A stretch of DNA of 64,000 nucleotides from the human T2T-CHM13v2.0 reference genome, Homo sapiens, in assembly GCF_009914755.1 (NCBI RefSeq), contig NC_060934.1. The stretch is one strand, 5' to 3'. A program made the translations under genes and the position numbers. Under the pieces are notes generated by a model that saw only the letters and a program-made list of their open reading frames with translations, was not told where the DNA came from and did not search any database. Numbering within the stretch: the first letter of the stretch is position 1; each line of letters starts with the position of its first letter. Shown here piece by piece: positions 1 through 12,600 of the stretch.

Positions 1-587
1 CCCTCCACTTCACTTCCTTCCTGGAATGGTGGATGCTGGGGACACATTTCCACTCAAAATTTTGGCTAACATTTCACAATAACGGGTCATTTTCAAAGTC
101 ACTGAGGAAATCAGTTCCCAGGTCTCTATGAAATGGTGGAAAAACTACTTGGATTCTGTGGCCAAAACAGCATTTTCTGTCAGAGAGGCGGCTGTTTGCT
201 CCATTTTCCTGAAGCCTCAGATTCGAGCCTCCTCCATCATGTTCTAGGGTCCTGCCCTCGCAGTGGGAAGGGGAGACAAGCACAGAGAGAGGTTCTGTCT
301 CTCCCGGCGTGTGCCTGTTGACAGGTGCTCAGAGACATTTATTCAGGCAGGAATGAGCGGACTCCTCATGTGAGTGCTGGGCCAGGGTTGGTTTCTCCAC
401 GCTCTGTGTTCCCCATGCTCCCCTTTGTGTTCGGTCCCCTCTGTGACCCACAGCATGCTAAATGGGCTTGAAGAACCGAATCTTTGCAGGTCACTTTTAT
501 TTCCTTATCTGTCAGTCACTGGGGGCAGATCACGTTCATGTCTGGAGGGGCAAATGCCTTTGACAGGAAGAAAAACAGTCATTCTAG

Positions 588-1121
<534 letters not shown>

Positions 1122-1348
1122 TGAATTACTTTGCCTTGTTTTGGGAAAGAAGAGATTGAGGAGGGGACTAATACATGAGTAAAAGAAAAGAAATGATATT
1201 TGTAAGTGAGCCGACTTTATCCATGGTGCTGTGAGTGAGGGCAGCTGCTGTGTGTCCCTGAGCGTGATTCCTTCCAGCCAGAGACGGACGAACAGCAGCC
1301 TCCACAGAGCAGAGGCAGACGCAGACCCAGCCGGAAAATATCAGTGTG

Positions 1349-1699
1349 GTTTCTCAGTTCACTTGGGCTGCTGTAACGAAGTCCTGCTGACTGGGTGGTT
1401 TCAGCATCAGAGATGTATTTCTCACAGTTCTGGAGGCAGGAGGTCTGTGGTCAGGCTGCCAGCATGGCTGGGTTCTGGGGAGGGCTCTTCTGGGTTGCAG
1501 GCGGCCACCTTCTTGCTGCATCCCCACAGGCGGGGAGAGAGCTCCCTGGGGCTCCTTTTATAAGGCGCTGTCCCATCCCTGAGGCCCCACCCTCATGACC
1601 TAATCACCTCCCAAAGACCCCACCATGTAACCCCATCACCTTAGGGGTTAGGTTTCAACATATGAATCTGGTGGGGACACAGACATTCAGCCCCTTGCA
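1349..1699 (-). mobile_element. MLT1A-type MaLR solo LTR
   Basis: Contains atttctcacagttctggagg, ccctcatgacctaatcacctcccaaag and tttcaacatatgaat...ggggacac; about 350 bp. Confidence 0.85.
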
Positions 1700-2984
1700 C
1701 CTGCTCCTGGGGCCGTGAAGTACTGTGGGAAGAGGGCAGCTTTGGGCCAGCATTCACATCTCGGCTTGTGTGCTGCTCAGCCATGTGACCCGGGGCTGGG
1801 CAGCCTGTCTGAGTCCTGGCCTCCTCGTCTGTCAACACTGGATGTGTGGTGCTCCCTGGCAGAGCTGTTGTTGGGACTGGAGAAGGGATGTGCGGAAATG
1901 GACTTAGTATGACGTTGGGATCCTACTGTGGACTTAACTTTGTGGGCACAGGTGGAGTTAGGGCAGAAGCCGCACTGATTCCCTGAAGTATAATGTGAGA
2001 CAGTCTCTCAGGGGTTCCTGCTGCCCAGTGAGCTCCCGTGCACTGTCCAGGCTGGGCCACCCAGCAGTCTGTGGGAGTGGGTACACACACACTCTGCCAA
2101 TCCAGGCCCCATCCCTAATTGCAGATGCCCTGAGCAGGCAAGTGTGGATGCAGGCTTGGTGCAAGCAATCCTTAGGACTAGAGCCACAGCGGCTCGCATG
2201 GCTCCTGGTGGCACTAGGGCCCAGAGTCTGGCTTGTGGAGGGCGAGGCCATCCTGTTGGGAAGAGGAGGCAGGTGGGGCTGCTTAATAGCAGTGCTCAGC
2301 GTATCCTTGGCACCTCCGGCAACTCTCAGTTCAAGAGACACCTACAGACCACAGCACAGCAGTGATGGTGCTGACAGCCTTCAGGGTCTACCGTGTGCTG
2401 TGTGCAGTGCAGACAGGCTTTGGCTCAAAAGCACCTGCTGTTCTTCTCTCTGCCTGCTGGTGCCCAGGGTTGAGGTGGGAAGGAAAAAATGGGGCATGGC
2501 CAGTGAGAAGAGCACAGACTCTTTGTCTGCAAATGCCACTTGTTGTCCCTGTGCCAGAGCACAGCTCTGTGGACCCTGAGGTTCTGTTGTCCTGAGTTCT
2601 CTGTCACAGTGGGGAGTTCATGGCAGCAGGGAGGCCAAGCCTACAACCTGTGACTAGCAGACCCCTGCTGCCACTGAGCCCCTTGGTCTGAACTAGCTGG
2701 CACCCTGGTATGAGCAGGGGCTCACAGCACCCACGAGGCTGCTGGGGGAGAAAAGCCATCAGGATTCCTCCCTGGTCTGGGACCTGGCACCTGGTTGGTA
2801 CCTGCTAAGTGTCCAGGTCTGTGTAGCTGAATGAATGACGGTGTGTGCCAGGGCACCCACTGGAAGTCCTCAGGCTGGGTTCTGTTCTCAGGCAGTTTCC
2901 ACCCACTAGAGCAGAAGCATTCTGTCCAGAGTCAGCATAGGGAGGTCGAAAGCTCCTTAGCTCTGTATTTAAGTGGGGCATCCG

Positions 2985-3121
2985 CCAGAATGTAGATTCC
3001 TGGGCTGGGGGATTCCACTGGCTGCCACGGATCAGAACTGGGGGTGCTGGGGCACTCTAGCATGGGGTTCTAAGCTGCACCTCAGGTGATTCTGTGCACA
3101 CTGGAGTTTGAGATTCCACTG
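2985..3121 (-). mobile_element. MER5A-like hAT-Charlie fossil
   Basis: End caggtgattctgtgcacactggagtttgagattccactg resembles the MER5A terminus. Confidence 0.55.
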
Positions 3122-3257
3122 CCTTGGAGACGCTGATGCTGGCTGGTCCAGTCTCTGCTTCAAGCTGAAGCTTGCAGAGATGCTAAGCTTGGTGTCATCA
3201 CAAGCAGGAATGGGCACTCCTGTGCCATGTGTGGGACGGAGGAGGCTGTAAGACTGT

Positions 3258-3432
3258 TGGTGGGATTCTTAAACTCACTAAGTATTGAAATCAAAGCTTT
3301 GGAGCTTTGAAACAATACAGATGGCTGGGCTCCACCCTGAAATTTGGAATTGGTTGACCTGGGAGGGGTCTGGGCCTGTGTTTCGTGAAAGCTTCCCCCA
3401 TGCTGTTATTGAGTGGTTAGCATTGAGAACTC
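3258..3432 (+). mobile_element. MER5B-like hAT-Charlie fossil
   Basis: ggagctttgaaacaatacagatggctgggctccaccctga...ttgagaac resembles the recalled MER5 consensus. Confidence 0.5.
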
Positions 3433-4242
3433 AAATGTCTCAAATGCCAGGTTTTTATTACCCATACTTGGGAAAGATGGCAGCAACTGGTGTGCAATTA
3501 TGAGTGTTCCCCAATATAACCAGGGTGCCCTCCTTTGGGGTGCTCAGCAGAACTGAGCTTCCCCAGCCCTTGAAGTTGATTTGGCCAGGAGACCAGCTCT
3601 GGCCATCGGGTTGGTAAAAGTGACGTCCAGGCCCCACGCCCACAGCTCCTGCTGCTCTGCTGACCACACTGGGTGTGCGGCGAGCGAGGAACACACTGCA
3701 CTGTTGGAAGCCGCTGTGCTTTCGAGCTTATTTGTCTCCACGTTGTTCCCTAGCCTCTCCTGACAGACATGTTGGGTCGGGTTTTATCAGAAAGTGTTAA
3801 AACTAACAAGAGTTCTGTATTATAAAATGCCTCCTTCATTACCTTAATAGAATAAGTGAACTAGGTTTTTCTTTTTTGAGCAAACACAGCTTTCTGAGTC
3901 CTCCAGTTTTGCTTTTAAGATGTCACTTGTTGAGGGATGAAGCCAGCCTTTTGGTGCAAAAATATTTTCTGTTGCCTTGTCAAGGTAATGCGCTGCGAAA
4001 TGTATTCAGTTCATGGAACTTGATTATTTAGTTTGTCCCTGGGAAATGAGTGTTATGTCAATGCAAAAAAATCCAAAATGATTGCAGCAAATGGGGGTAT
4101 TTTCTCACAGAGAAAAATGCCTCCAGAAAGTCAATTGATCCATTGATCCATGATGGATGGGCATGTTGGGCTCTATTCTCCTGAGTTTTACCGAGGGAAA
4201 TTTCAAGTTAGGGAGAAGGAAGAAAATACACCACTTACTTTA

Positions 4243-4550
4243 TTTTATTTTCTATTTTTTATTTTTTTGAGATGGAGTCTTGCTCTGTCACCCAGGCTGG
4301 AGTGCAGTGGCATGATCTCAGCTCACTGAAACCTCTGCTTCCTGGGTTCAAGTGATTCTCCTGCCTCAGCCTCCCCAGTAGCTAGGATTACAGGCATCTG
4401 CCACCATGCCAGGCTAATTTTTGTATTTTTAGTAGAGATGGGTTTTCACCATGTTGGCCAGGTTGGTCTCGAACTCCTGACCTCAAGTGATCCACCCGCC
4501 TCGGCCTCCCTGAGTGCTGGGATTACAGGTGTGAGCCACCGCACTTGGCC
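4243..4550 (-). mobile_element. AluS (Sz/Sx) SINE with target-site duplication (TSD)
   Basis: Full Alu. TSD ccacttacttta at 4231-4242 and 4551-4562. Confidence 0.97.
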
Positions 4551-7207
4551 CCACTTACTTTAAAATGCATTTTTTCCCTTCAGGGGAAAATTTAGCAGCT
4601 GTTATGATTTGCTGCTTTTTGTAAGAATTTTTTTTCAACTTCTAATGCATTAGACTTACCATAAGCTTCCTGCCAAGGTGAGAGCTTGCATTTAGTGAGT
4701 GATGAGCCTTACTTTATTTAATTATTAACTACAGTGATGGCTAGGCTGAGGGAAGGAAGTAGAGAATGTTAGGGTAATAGAAAAGAATTCAGAGTTCAGA
4801 TGTCCTGACATTTGCATTTTATAAAATTTCTATTCATGCTTCGGGGAGAAATAACTTTAAAATACTAGTGAGAGTAAGCAGCCCTTCCAAAAATTCAGTA
4901 TGTATTTTAAAGTTATTTTTCCTAGCTCTGTAGTGATACTTAGGTTTGAATAATTTATGACTCTTTTCTAAAAGTCAAAATTCACTTGACAAGGGCCAAT
5001 TCGATTTTTCTGAAATATTTTATATGAAATTAAAAGTCTTGTAGATACTAAAAACTTTGGAGAGTATCGGAAGAGAGAATGCTGGTAATGGCTCGCACTT
5101 TCTTCAGCGCCAGTTAGAGAAGGGTTTGGAATGTTCTCTCCTGTTCTGCAGGTGTGCTCCACATCCCCAGCCACTCAGGTCCCCAGAATGCGACAGGACC
5201 TGGAGGGCAGCGAGCTCGTCATCCTTGGTGTTTGAATGCCATCTATCTGTCCCAACCTGGTAGGCCACCTTCCTCCTGGGAAAACTGGAAAACCAAAGAA
5301 TTGCTTCTGATCAGATCCCTGGGAAGATGTTCACCAGGATGTAAAACTTGTCTAAAGAGGTGGGGGGTTCAGGCTGGCACTGTGGAGGCCGTGTTCATGC
5401 ATTCATCCCAGAAGCGGCTCCCCTGAGAGCAGGCTTGGGGTGTGGAGACTAGACCAGCATGGGGATGATCACGGCCCCTCCTGTCCTGCAAACCCCTGTC
5501 CTGCGACTTCTCCTCTTCTTCCTGGGACTGCACTTTCTAGGAGGAGGACATGGCATCCAGGATGCAGGAACAGCTGGTCAGGTGCTTGTCTTGGAGACAG
5601 GCTGGTGCCAAGGTGCAGTTGTAGGTTCTCTCGCTGGCTGGCATTCTGGGTGGGTGCCAGCCTGGCCCATGGGTACAAATTGGACTCTCTGGGCTGAGGA
5701 AGATGAAGGTGAAATCCTGCTTAGCTCCCAGGCCACTTTCGTGTTTAGACTGCCCTGAGCTGCCTGCTATTTTTGTGGCAGCTGTGGGCATTGCTAATAA
5801 ACACAGACTTGTACACCTGTGGGGTTAAAAGTAAGTTGACATAGCTTATGCATCAGTTTGGGCCCACGGGTCAGGAGCAGCCCTCAGTTTTCTCCATGAG
5901 TCAGGTGAGGAGAGAGTCCAAGGGTGAGGAGTAAATTCATTCCAATGGGAGGAGGAGTCAGCGTTCCCTCCAGGAAGCCACCAGGGCTCTCCTTCCTCCC
6001 CTCCATGAAAGAAGGAAGGGAAGGATCCAGAGGACAGAGTGGGGAGAAGGGAGGCAGGTGACATGGGAGGGACAGGAGGTGGGACAAAGAGAAGCAGGAC
6101 TTACTGGACCAAAGCCTTCTGATATCTCTTGGCATAGTCTGGGAGCTCAGCTCTGGGGACCGGGTGGCACCCAGGGCTGCAGGTCACCGTATCTGCAGTT
6201 CCCAAGTATCCGCTCCCTCCTCCTTGGAAGTTGGCTTCTTAGACACAAGGGAAGCACCTCAGAGACCCTCCTCCTATGAAATTGAGCCCTTGCCCTTGTG
6301 TCCTTGCGTGGCCTCAGAGCAAGGAGAGCAGCTCTTCCCACTGCACACAAGGGGAGGTGGGTGCCGCCACTTGCATTGGCCACCATCGTCCTAGTCACGT
6401 AGCAGTTTCCCTGAGTGTTGTTTAAAACAAAAGCCAACTTTTAGCCTGGAAGGCGGTGGAGAAGCACTGCTCTCTGACCATACTGGATGAAATCTCTTCT
6501 TAAAATAGTCTTCTAAGGGCCTACTGAAAATGAACAATTATAACAGGAATAAAGTGTGAAAAACGGCCCATTTTATTTTCTGGGTGCAAGTGGACTTCTT
6601 TTTTGTTGCTTTCTCTTAAACAGCTGCTTAATTGTGTTGGCGATCTTGCTTGGCTGCATTGGAGGATAAAAAACACACCAGCGTTTGCTTAAATCCAGAC
6701 TCCTACGCTGATTATTCTCATTTCTGATTTCAATGCAGCACGTCTTTTATTTGAACAGCAGCACCACGTTCTGTTCTTAGCTGAGGGCAGCACATAGCAG
6801 GTGATGGAATAACCCTGCCCGCCATGGTAGGAACAGAGGCACAGGAACTTGTAGCAATTCAAATGGCCGAGCTCTCTCGAACCTCCAAGTTTTACATGTG
6901 TACCCGGAATAACTATGGGTGTTTGTACAAGAACAAACATCAGGACTGGGGTATAATTTTCCCAAAGTAGTCACTCAAACTACCGTGGGTCAGAGATAGG
7001 AGAACAGGAAGCTCTCGTGGATGTCAACAAAATAAGGGAAGTTAAATGTATGCCGAATGCAAGTGGGTGTGCCAATGATGCGTCCTTGAAATCATCTCTC
7101 CTTGTGACCTGTTCCTTCTCTCTACCCCAGAGACAATGTGCCCAGATCATGGTGAATTTTAGATTCTTCCTGAAGGCGGGCTCCTAGGTTGTGGGGAGTT
7201 GGCTCTG

Positions 7208-7279
7208 CTGGTGGGGGAGGCCGGGGCTTGGCTGGTCAGGGAGGCCAGGACTTAGTTGGTGGGGGAGGCCGGGGCTCGG
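7208..7279. repeat. 24-bp G-rich tandem repeat, 3 copies
   Basis: ctggtgggggaggccggggcttgg / ctggtcagggaggccaggacttag / ttggtgggggaggccggggctcgg. Confidence 0.8.
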
Positions 7280-7732
7280 CTTGTCTCCTTGCTGGGTTCC
7301 CTGCGGCTGCAGGCTTCCCCCAGGAGGCAGTAATATATCACCACGCTATTGTCACAGGAGCTCGGGCAGCTGAAAAGTGGCCAAGGGACTCGGCCATCTG
7401 TATTTTCTATGGAAACATAATAGAATTCATTTTCCAATTGTTCATTGAGGTAAAAATGTTGAACTCAGTCTCCATGTATGACACTTCCAGGGCAATTGGA
7501 AACGGGGACGTTCGGGATGGCTGTGGGGGTTTCCTTGCTAATGCCATTTTGCACACTCACTGGTCTTACCCCCTCCTTGGTACCTGAGGCATTTCAGAGA
7601 TGTGCGAACCTGGAAGATGAGGAGCAGGTCTCTCCTGCACTGAAACGGGTTCCTGCTGGCACAGTGCGTCGCTCCTCTGCCCACAGGTTTATATTCAAGG
7701 CTGAAGAAGAGATAGCTGCCCAGCCTCAGGAG

Positions 7733-8213
7733 TGTTAGAAAGGAAAATGATTTGGGGCTGCTTTTCATGAAAAGGAAAGCCTTACCCAGGACTTCCCTAC
7801 CGCCACTATCTGCCTAAGTAATTTCTTCTTAACTCCTGTATCATTGCTCTCATCCATTACCCAAGAAGGAGGAAAAAGAGTCATGGGATGAGGGGGAGCC
7901 CACCAGGAAGTCCGCTGCTGGTGGTCGTCCATGGGAAGACAGCCCACAGGCATCTGCCACGTGACCGTGGCGGCCTTGCTGGCTGAGGAGGCACAGCGTG
8001 CCAGATGTTGTACAGGCTTTGCCTTTGCTCCCTGTCCTTCCTGCTGGCTCCCCCTCATCCTGTGACTCTTTTTCCTCCTTCTTGGGTAATGGATGAGAGC
8101 AATGATACAGGAGTTAAGAAGAAATTACTTAGGCAGATAGTGAGGGTAGGGAAGTCCTGGGTAAGGCTTTCCTTTTCATGAAAAGCAGCCCCAAATCATT
8201 TTCCTTTCTAACA
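7733..8213. repeat. Long inverted repeat: 168-bp arms (7733-7900 and 8046-8213) with a 145-bp spacer
   Basis: Base-by-base comparison gives 164/168 identity. The differences are two dinucleotides (left arm 7802-7803 and 7884-7885). Confidence 0.97.
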
Positions 8214-8975
8214 AAGAGCAGCGTGTAAAATCAAGCGGCAGCATAGACGCGGGCAGTTGTGCCAATCATGTTCAAAATGGCGGCTCCATCTTCCCTTCTG
8301 CCAGCCACCTGTACAGTAAGGAGCAGGCAAGATGGCGCTGGTCAAAGTAAGGAGCAGGCAAGATGGCGCTGGTCAAAGTAAGGAGCAGGCAAGATGGCGC
8401 TGGTCAAAGTAAGGAGCAGGCAAGATGGCGCTGGTCAAAGTAAGGAGCAGGCAAGATGGCGCTGGTCAAAGTAAGGAGCAGGCAAGATGGCGCTGGTCAA
8501 AGTAAGGAGCAGGCAAGATGGCGCTGGTCAAAGTAAGGAGCAGGCAAGATGGCGCTGGTCAAAGTAAGGAGCAGGCAAGATGGCGCTGGTCAAAGTAAGG
8601 AGCAGGCAAGATGGCGCTGGTCAAAGTAAGGAGCAGGCAAGATGGCGCTGGTCAAGGGGAAAGTTCATTTGTGTAATAAGATTAGGGTGGGGCGGGCAGC
8701 CTTCCCTGAGCGCTATGTAAACGTCAAGCCTGATCAAACCAATCTGTGAGCCCCACGTAAATCAGACACCACCTCCTCAAGCTGGACTAGAAAATCCAGC
8801 GCATCCACCTGCTGGCATTTTCCTCTGGGAAGTTCCCTCTCTCGCTCTCTCGAGAGAGCTGTTTTCCTTTCTCTTTTTCTTGCTCCTAAACTCCTCGTGT
8901 GTGTCCGTGTCCTAAATTTTCCTGGCACGAGAGGATGAACCCCAGGTGTTTACCCCAGACAAGGTAGCCATTTGG
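8103..8975 (+). mobile_element. ERV1 solo LTR, MER50-like, with an internal tandem expansion
   Basis: Starts tgatacaggagttaagaagaaattacttaggcagatag. Has a CCAAT box and a degenerate TATA, and ends taccccagacaaggtagccatttgg. Degenerate 4-bp TSD gcaa/gtaa. Confidence 0.85.
8315..8655. repeat. 31-bp minisatellite, 11 perfect copies, each with a YY1-type motif
   Basis: (agtaaggagcaggcaagatggcgctggtcaa)x11 = 341 bp, with no variant copy. Confidence 0.98.
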
Positions 8976-9340
8976 GTAACAGTCTGTCAAGTTTACCCCA
9001 AGGCCATGCAGTTTTGTTGTTGGCGGGATTTGCCTGTTTCTTTTGTAAAAATGTTGTTACAACTAAACCCAGATGAGTAAAGTGTGCCCATGGAACCCCT
9101 CAGTGGCATTTCTATAATTTGGAGTTTTAGCACAGTTAGAAAAGGCTCGTTCATATTAAAGTCTTTATTGCTCCAGTTTGAGGCTACTCAGAATGCACTT
9201 CCTCTCCCCACGTTCTGGCTCTTCCTCTCGACAGGTGCATATGTTCAAGTCTCCTAACCACACGTTACCACCCACTTCTCCCCTTATCACTCTAGAATCC
9301 GCGGTTTTTCAAAAATGCTTAACCATTTCCCAGTAAACTG

Positions 9341-9595
9341 GCGTAGGGGCTAAGAGACACCACTCTAAGGTCAGGCTCAGGCTTTGCAGGCTCACCTGCC
9401 CCTTCACGGCTGTGGCCCTGGCCTCTGTCAGGCTTTGCTTTGATTGGCCTCTGTGCTTTCGATTTCTTTCCTGGGAACTGAAGTTCTAACAATGGCCCAA
9501 CTCAAAGGCCAATCATGAGGATTAAGTGAAACAGCACATGTAAGTACTTAGACCAATGTTGAGCACACAGCGAGAACTTCATAAATCATCGACGT
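9341..9595 (+). mobile_element. MIR SINE
   Basis: gcctctgtgctttcgatttc...atgaggattaagtgaaacagcacatgtaagtacttag...gcacacagcgag. Confidence 0.7.
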
Positions 9596-9694
9596 TGTTA
9601 GGCAGGTCCAAAGTCCCAGTGATACATATTCTCTATTGTGTTTGAAAGCTCAAAAAATTGGAGACAAACCAAACAACAATCAAATAACTACCAG

Positions 9695-12600
9695 GTTTCT
9701 ACACCTGTTAATTTATGCTAGTTTGGACCAGCCCTCCCACTGAGAACACATGAAAAAGCTGGACAAAGAACTTAAAAAATCTGTTGGAAAGTATTAGAGA
9801 GTTATCAAGATGTAGGAAAGGAGAGGAGCATATAGAGGAGCCTGTTATTTGGGGTAGGTTTCACCCTAGAGATGTTTGCAGTTTTTGAAAACGATGGCCC
9901 AGAGGCTGAGAAGCAAAGCAAGTTCTCTGCAGGCACAGAGGACTAGGAAGACAGAACTTGAAGTAAAATTTTGATAACTAAAGGATGCACTTCGTAATCT
10001 CTAGGAGAAGCATAAAAAGAGTAGTAAAAGCATGTGCAACTGTCAAGCTGATAGAGATAGCAAATGGAAGAATAAAAAAAATCTAAAAGATGGCAAGAAA
10101 AGAGATAAAGGAGCATAGAAGAGTTAGGCAAGATAGAAAGTAAATAATAAGATTGTATGTTAACTTTCAAATACACCAGCAACCCTCACGCTTTGGTTTG
10201 GGACCTTAAAGATTTATAATTCAAGAAAAAAAAAAGAAATGGATAAACAAGAAATGGAGGCACCAATACAGACTAGCTTAAAATCACCTCAATCCGTGAC
10301 TGGATTAAGGTGATCAGGGATGACTTCTTCCCCTTGTTCCCCTAGTTTAGCTAACTAAAAGAAAAGATGAATACTTTCTGAAGGAAGATACACCACTCAA
10401 ATCCTCAAATTATCCCCACTGTTTTTCACATGAAAGTTTTCCATTTCATTAAAAGAAAACAGCTAGACATATGAGGAAACAAAGCATAACCAAAAATCAA
10501 AAGAACATAAGCAAACAAAACAGATCTACACAGTATCCAGAAGATAGGATTATTGACATGAAACTGTGGAGTTCTCTGACAAAAACTTTGTAATAGCAAT
10601 GCCTAATATATTTATGTAAATAAAAAGATCGAAGAAATTGACAAAGAATCGGAAACTATAAAAAACCCAAAATGCTAATTCTGTAACTGAAAAGTACAAT
10701 AATAGAAATTAACCATTCAGTAGCTGAGTTTAATGACAGATCAGATAAGTCAAAGGGAGAATCGGTAACCCTGAAGACATGTCAGAAGAACATATCCAAA
10801 CTTCAGTCACTGAGAGATAAATGGATTAAAAAATGAAAAACAGAAAAGTAATATTAGGATGAGTGATGTGAATTTTGTAAGAAGCAATGAATGAGTGCTG
10901 ATAATTCCTCATAGCCCAGCTGAGCACATAAAATTGGAGCTCAGAAGGCAAAAAGTGAGAAGAATAAAAGACATTAAATGACAAATTCAAGGAGTACTAT
11001 AAAACCTGGGGTAAATATTGAGAAAACTGCAGTAAGCAAATTATAGCAAAACAGCTGAAATCAAAGACAAAGAGAAATTCTTAAAAGGAGACAAAACAAC
11101 AAACAAACAAAAACAACCCACTTCTTACGTTCAGAGAAACAAGATTGATAGCTGACATTTTAACGAAAATGGTGAAACACAGGCAGCAACTAAAAAGATA
11201 GGTTTAAAGTGTTGAAGGAAAGTAACTACTTATCTAGAATTCTGCATGCTGTAACAATATTTTTCAAAAATGAAGACAAAGATTTTGAGACAAAGAAAAA
11301 TATCAGCACAGACAACAGTGATAGAAACAAACTATTATTATGCAGGCAGAATAATAATAATCCCAGATGGAAGTTGAGTGATACAGAGAGGAATTAAGAA
11401 CAAAGAGAATGGTAACTATGTGGGTATATTTAAAATAATATAATAATAATGTTTAATGGGTTTTAACAAGTATAGAGTCTTAAAATACATAATAGTATAC
11501 AAGTTGGAGGGTGGTTAATGGAGCTAATGTGTCCTAATTAGAAGGAAATAAATACACATATTAGGAAAAAGGCTAATAATTAATCATTAAGAAATCTACC
11601 TACAGAAGCAAATTAAACCCTAAGAAAGTAGAAGGATGGAAATAATTATAAGAGTATAAATTAAAGTAATAGAAAATAAATATACAATACAGAGATTTAA
11701 TGAAGCCAAAGTGGAATCTCTGAAAAGGGGCAAAGCCCTGCCTGGTACCACAAGAATTCAGGACTGCAAAGGGGTTAGTGCCACAGACCCTGCAGCCACC
11801 ACACGGATCACAGGTGACCAATCCCTGGGAGAAATTTCACAGAGATAAATTTGAACATTGGGATAAAATTATTAAATTCCTGGAAACAAATAGAAAAACA
11901 GACCCATGGGAAAATAAAAACTTTGAGTATTCTTTGCAGAATTAAATATGCCGAATTTATATTTTTATATACACACACACACCACACACACACACACGAT
12001 ACACTTCATTTTCAAAAGGTTTCAACAGCAGATCCTATCAAACTCTGATGGAAAAAATTATTCCAATCCACATGAGAGAACAAAAAAAGAAGCTACAGAT
12101 TCCAATTTCTTTCATAAGAGTCAAATAATGTGGAAGTGGAAATTTGACAAAGACAATACAAGAAAATAAAAATTGAGTTCGATGTCACTCACAAATGTAG
12201 ACTTTAAAATCCTCAGCAAAACATTAGCTAACCAAGTCTAGCAATGAATAAAATGATCATACATGATGTCCAACTCACATTTATTTTGGAATACAAGTTT
12301 GATTTAACATTTGAAAGTCAATCAGTGTAAGTCACCAAGGGACGAGAAGAAAAAAGACAACTCACGACATTTCAGTAGATGAGGGAAAAAGCCTTTGATA
12401 AAAACTCTTAGAAAATAAGGAAGTAAATATATAGAATTTAACCTGATGGTCACACAGAACGTCATATCAAATGGTGAAATATTCAAATATTTTCCCATAA
12501 AACTGGAAGCAAACAAGAATGTCCTTTTTTAAAAATACCATTTCCATTTAACATTATGTTAGAATTCATAGCCAGTGCAATAGCGAAAAATTAAAAAATA

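Noticed and set aside
8315-8655. CRISPR-like array of 31-bp repeats
   Set aside because: The repeats are head to tail with no unique spacers, there are no cas genes, and the context is a primate LTR.
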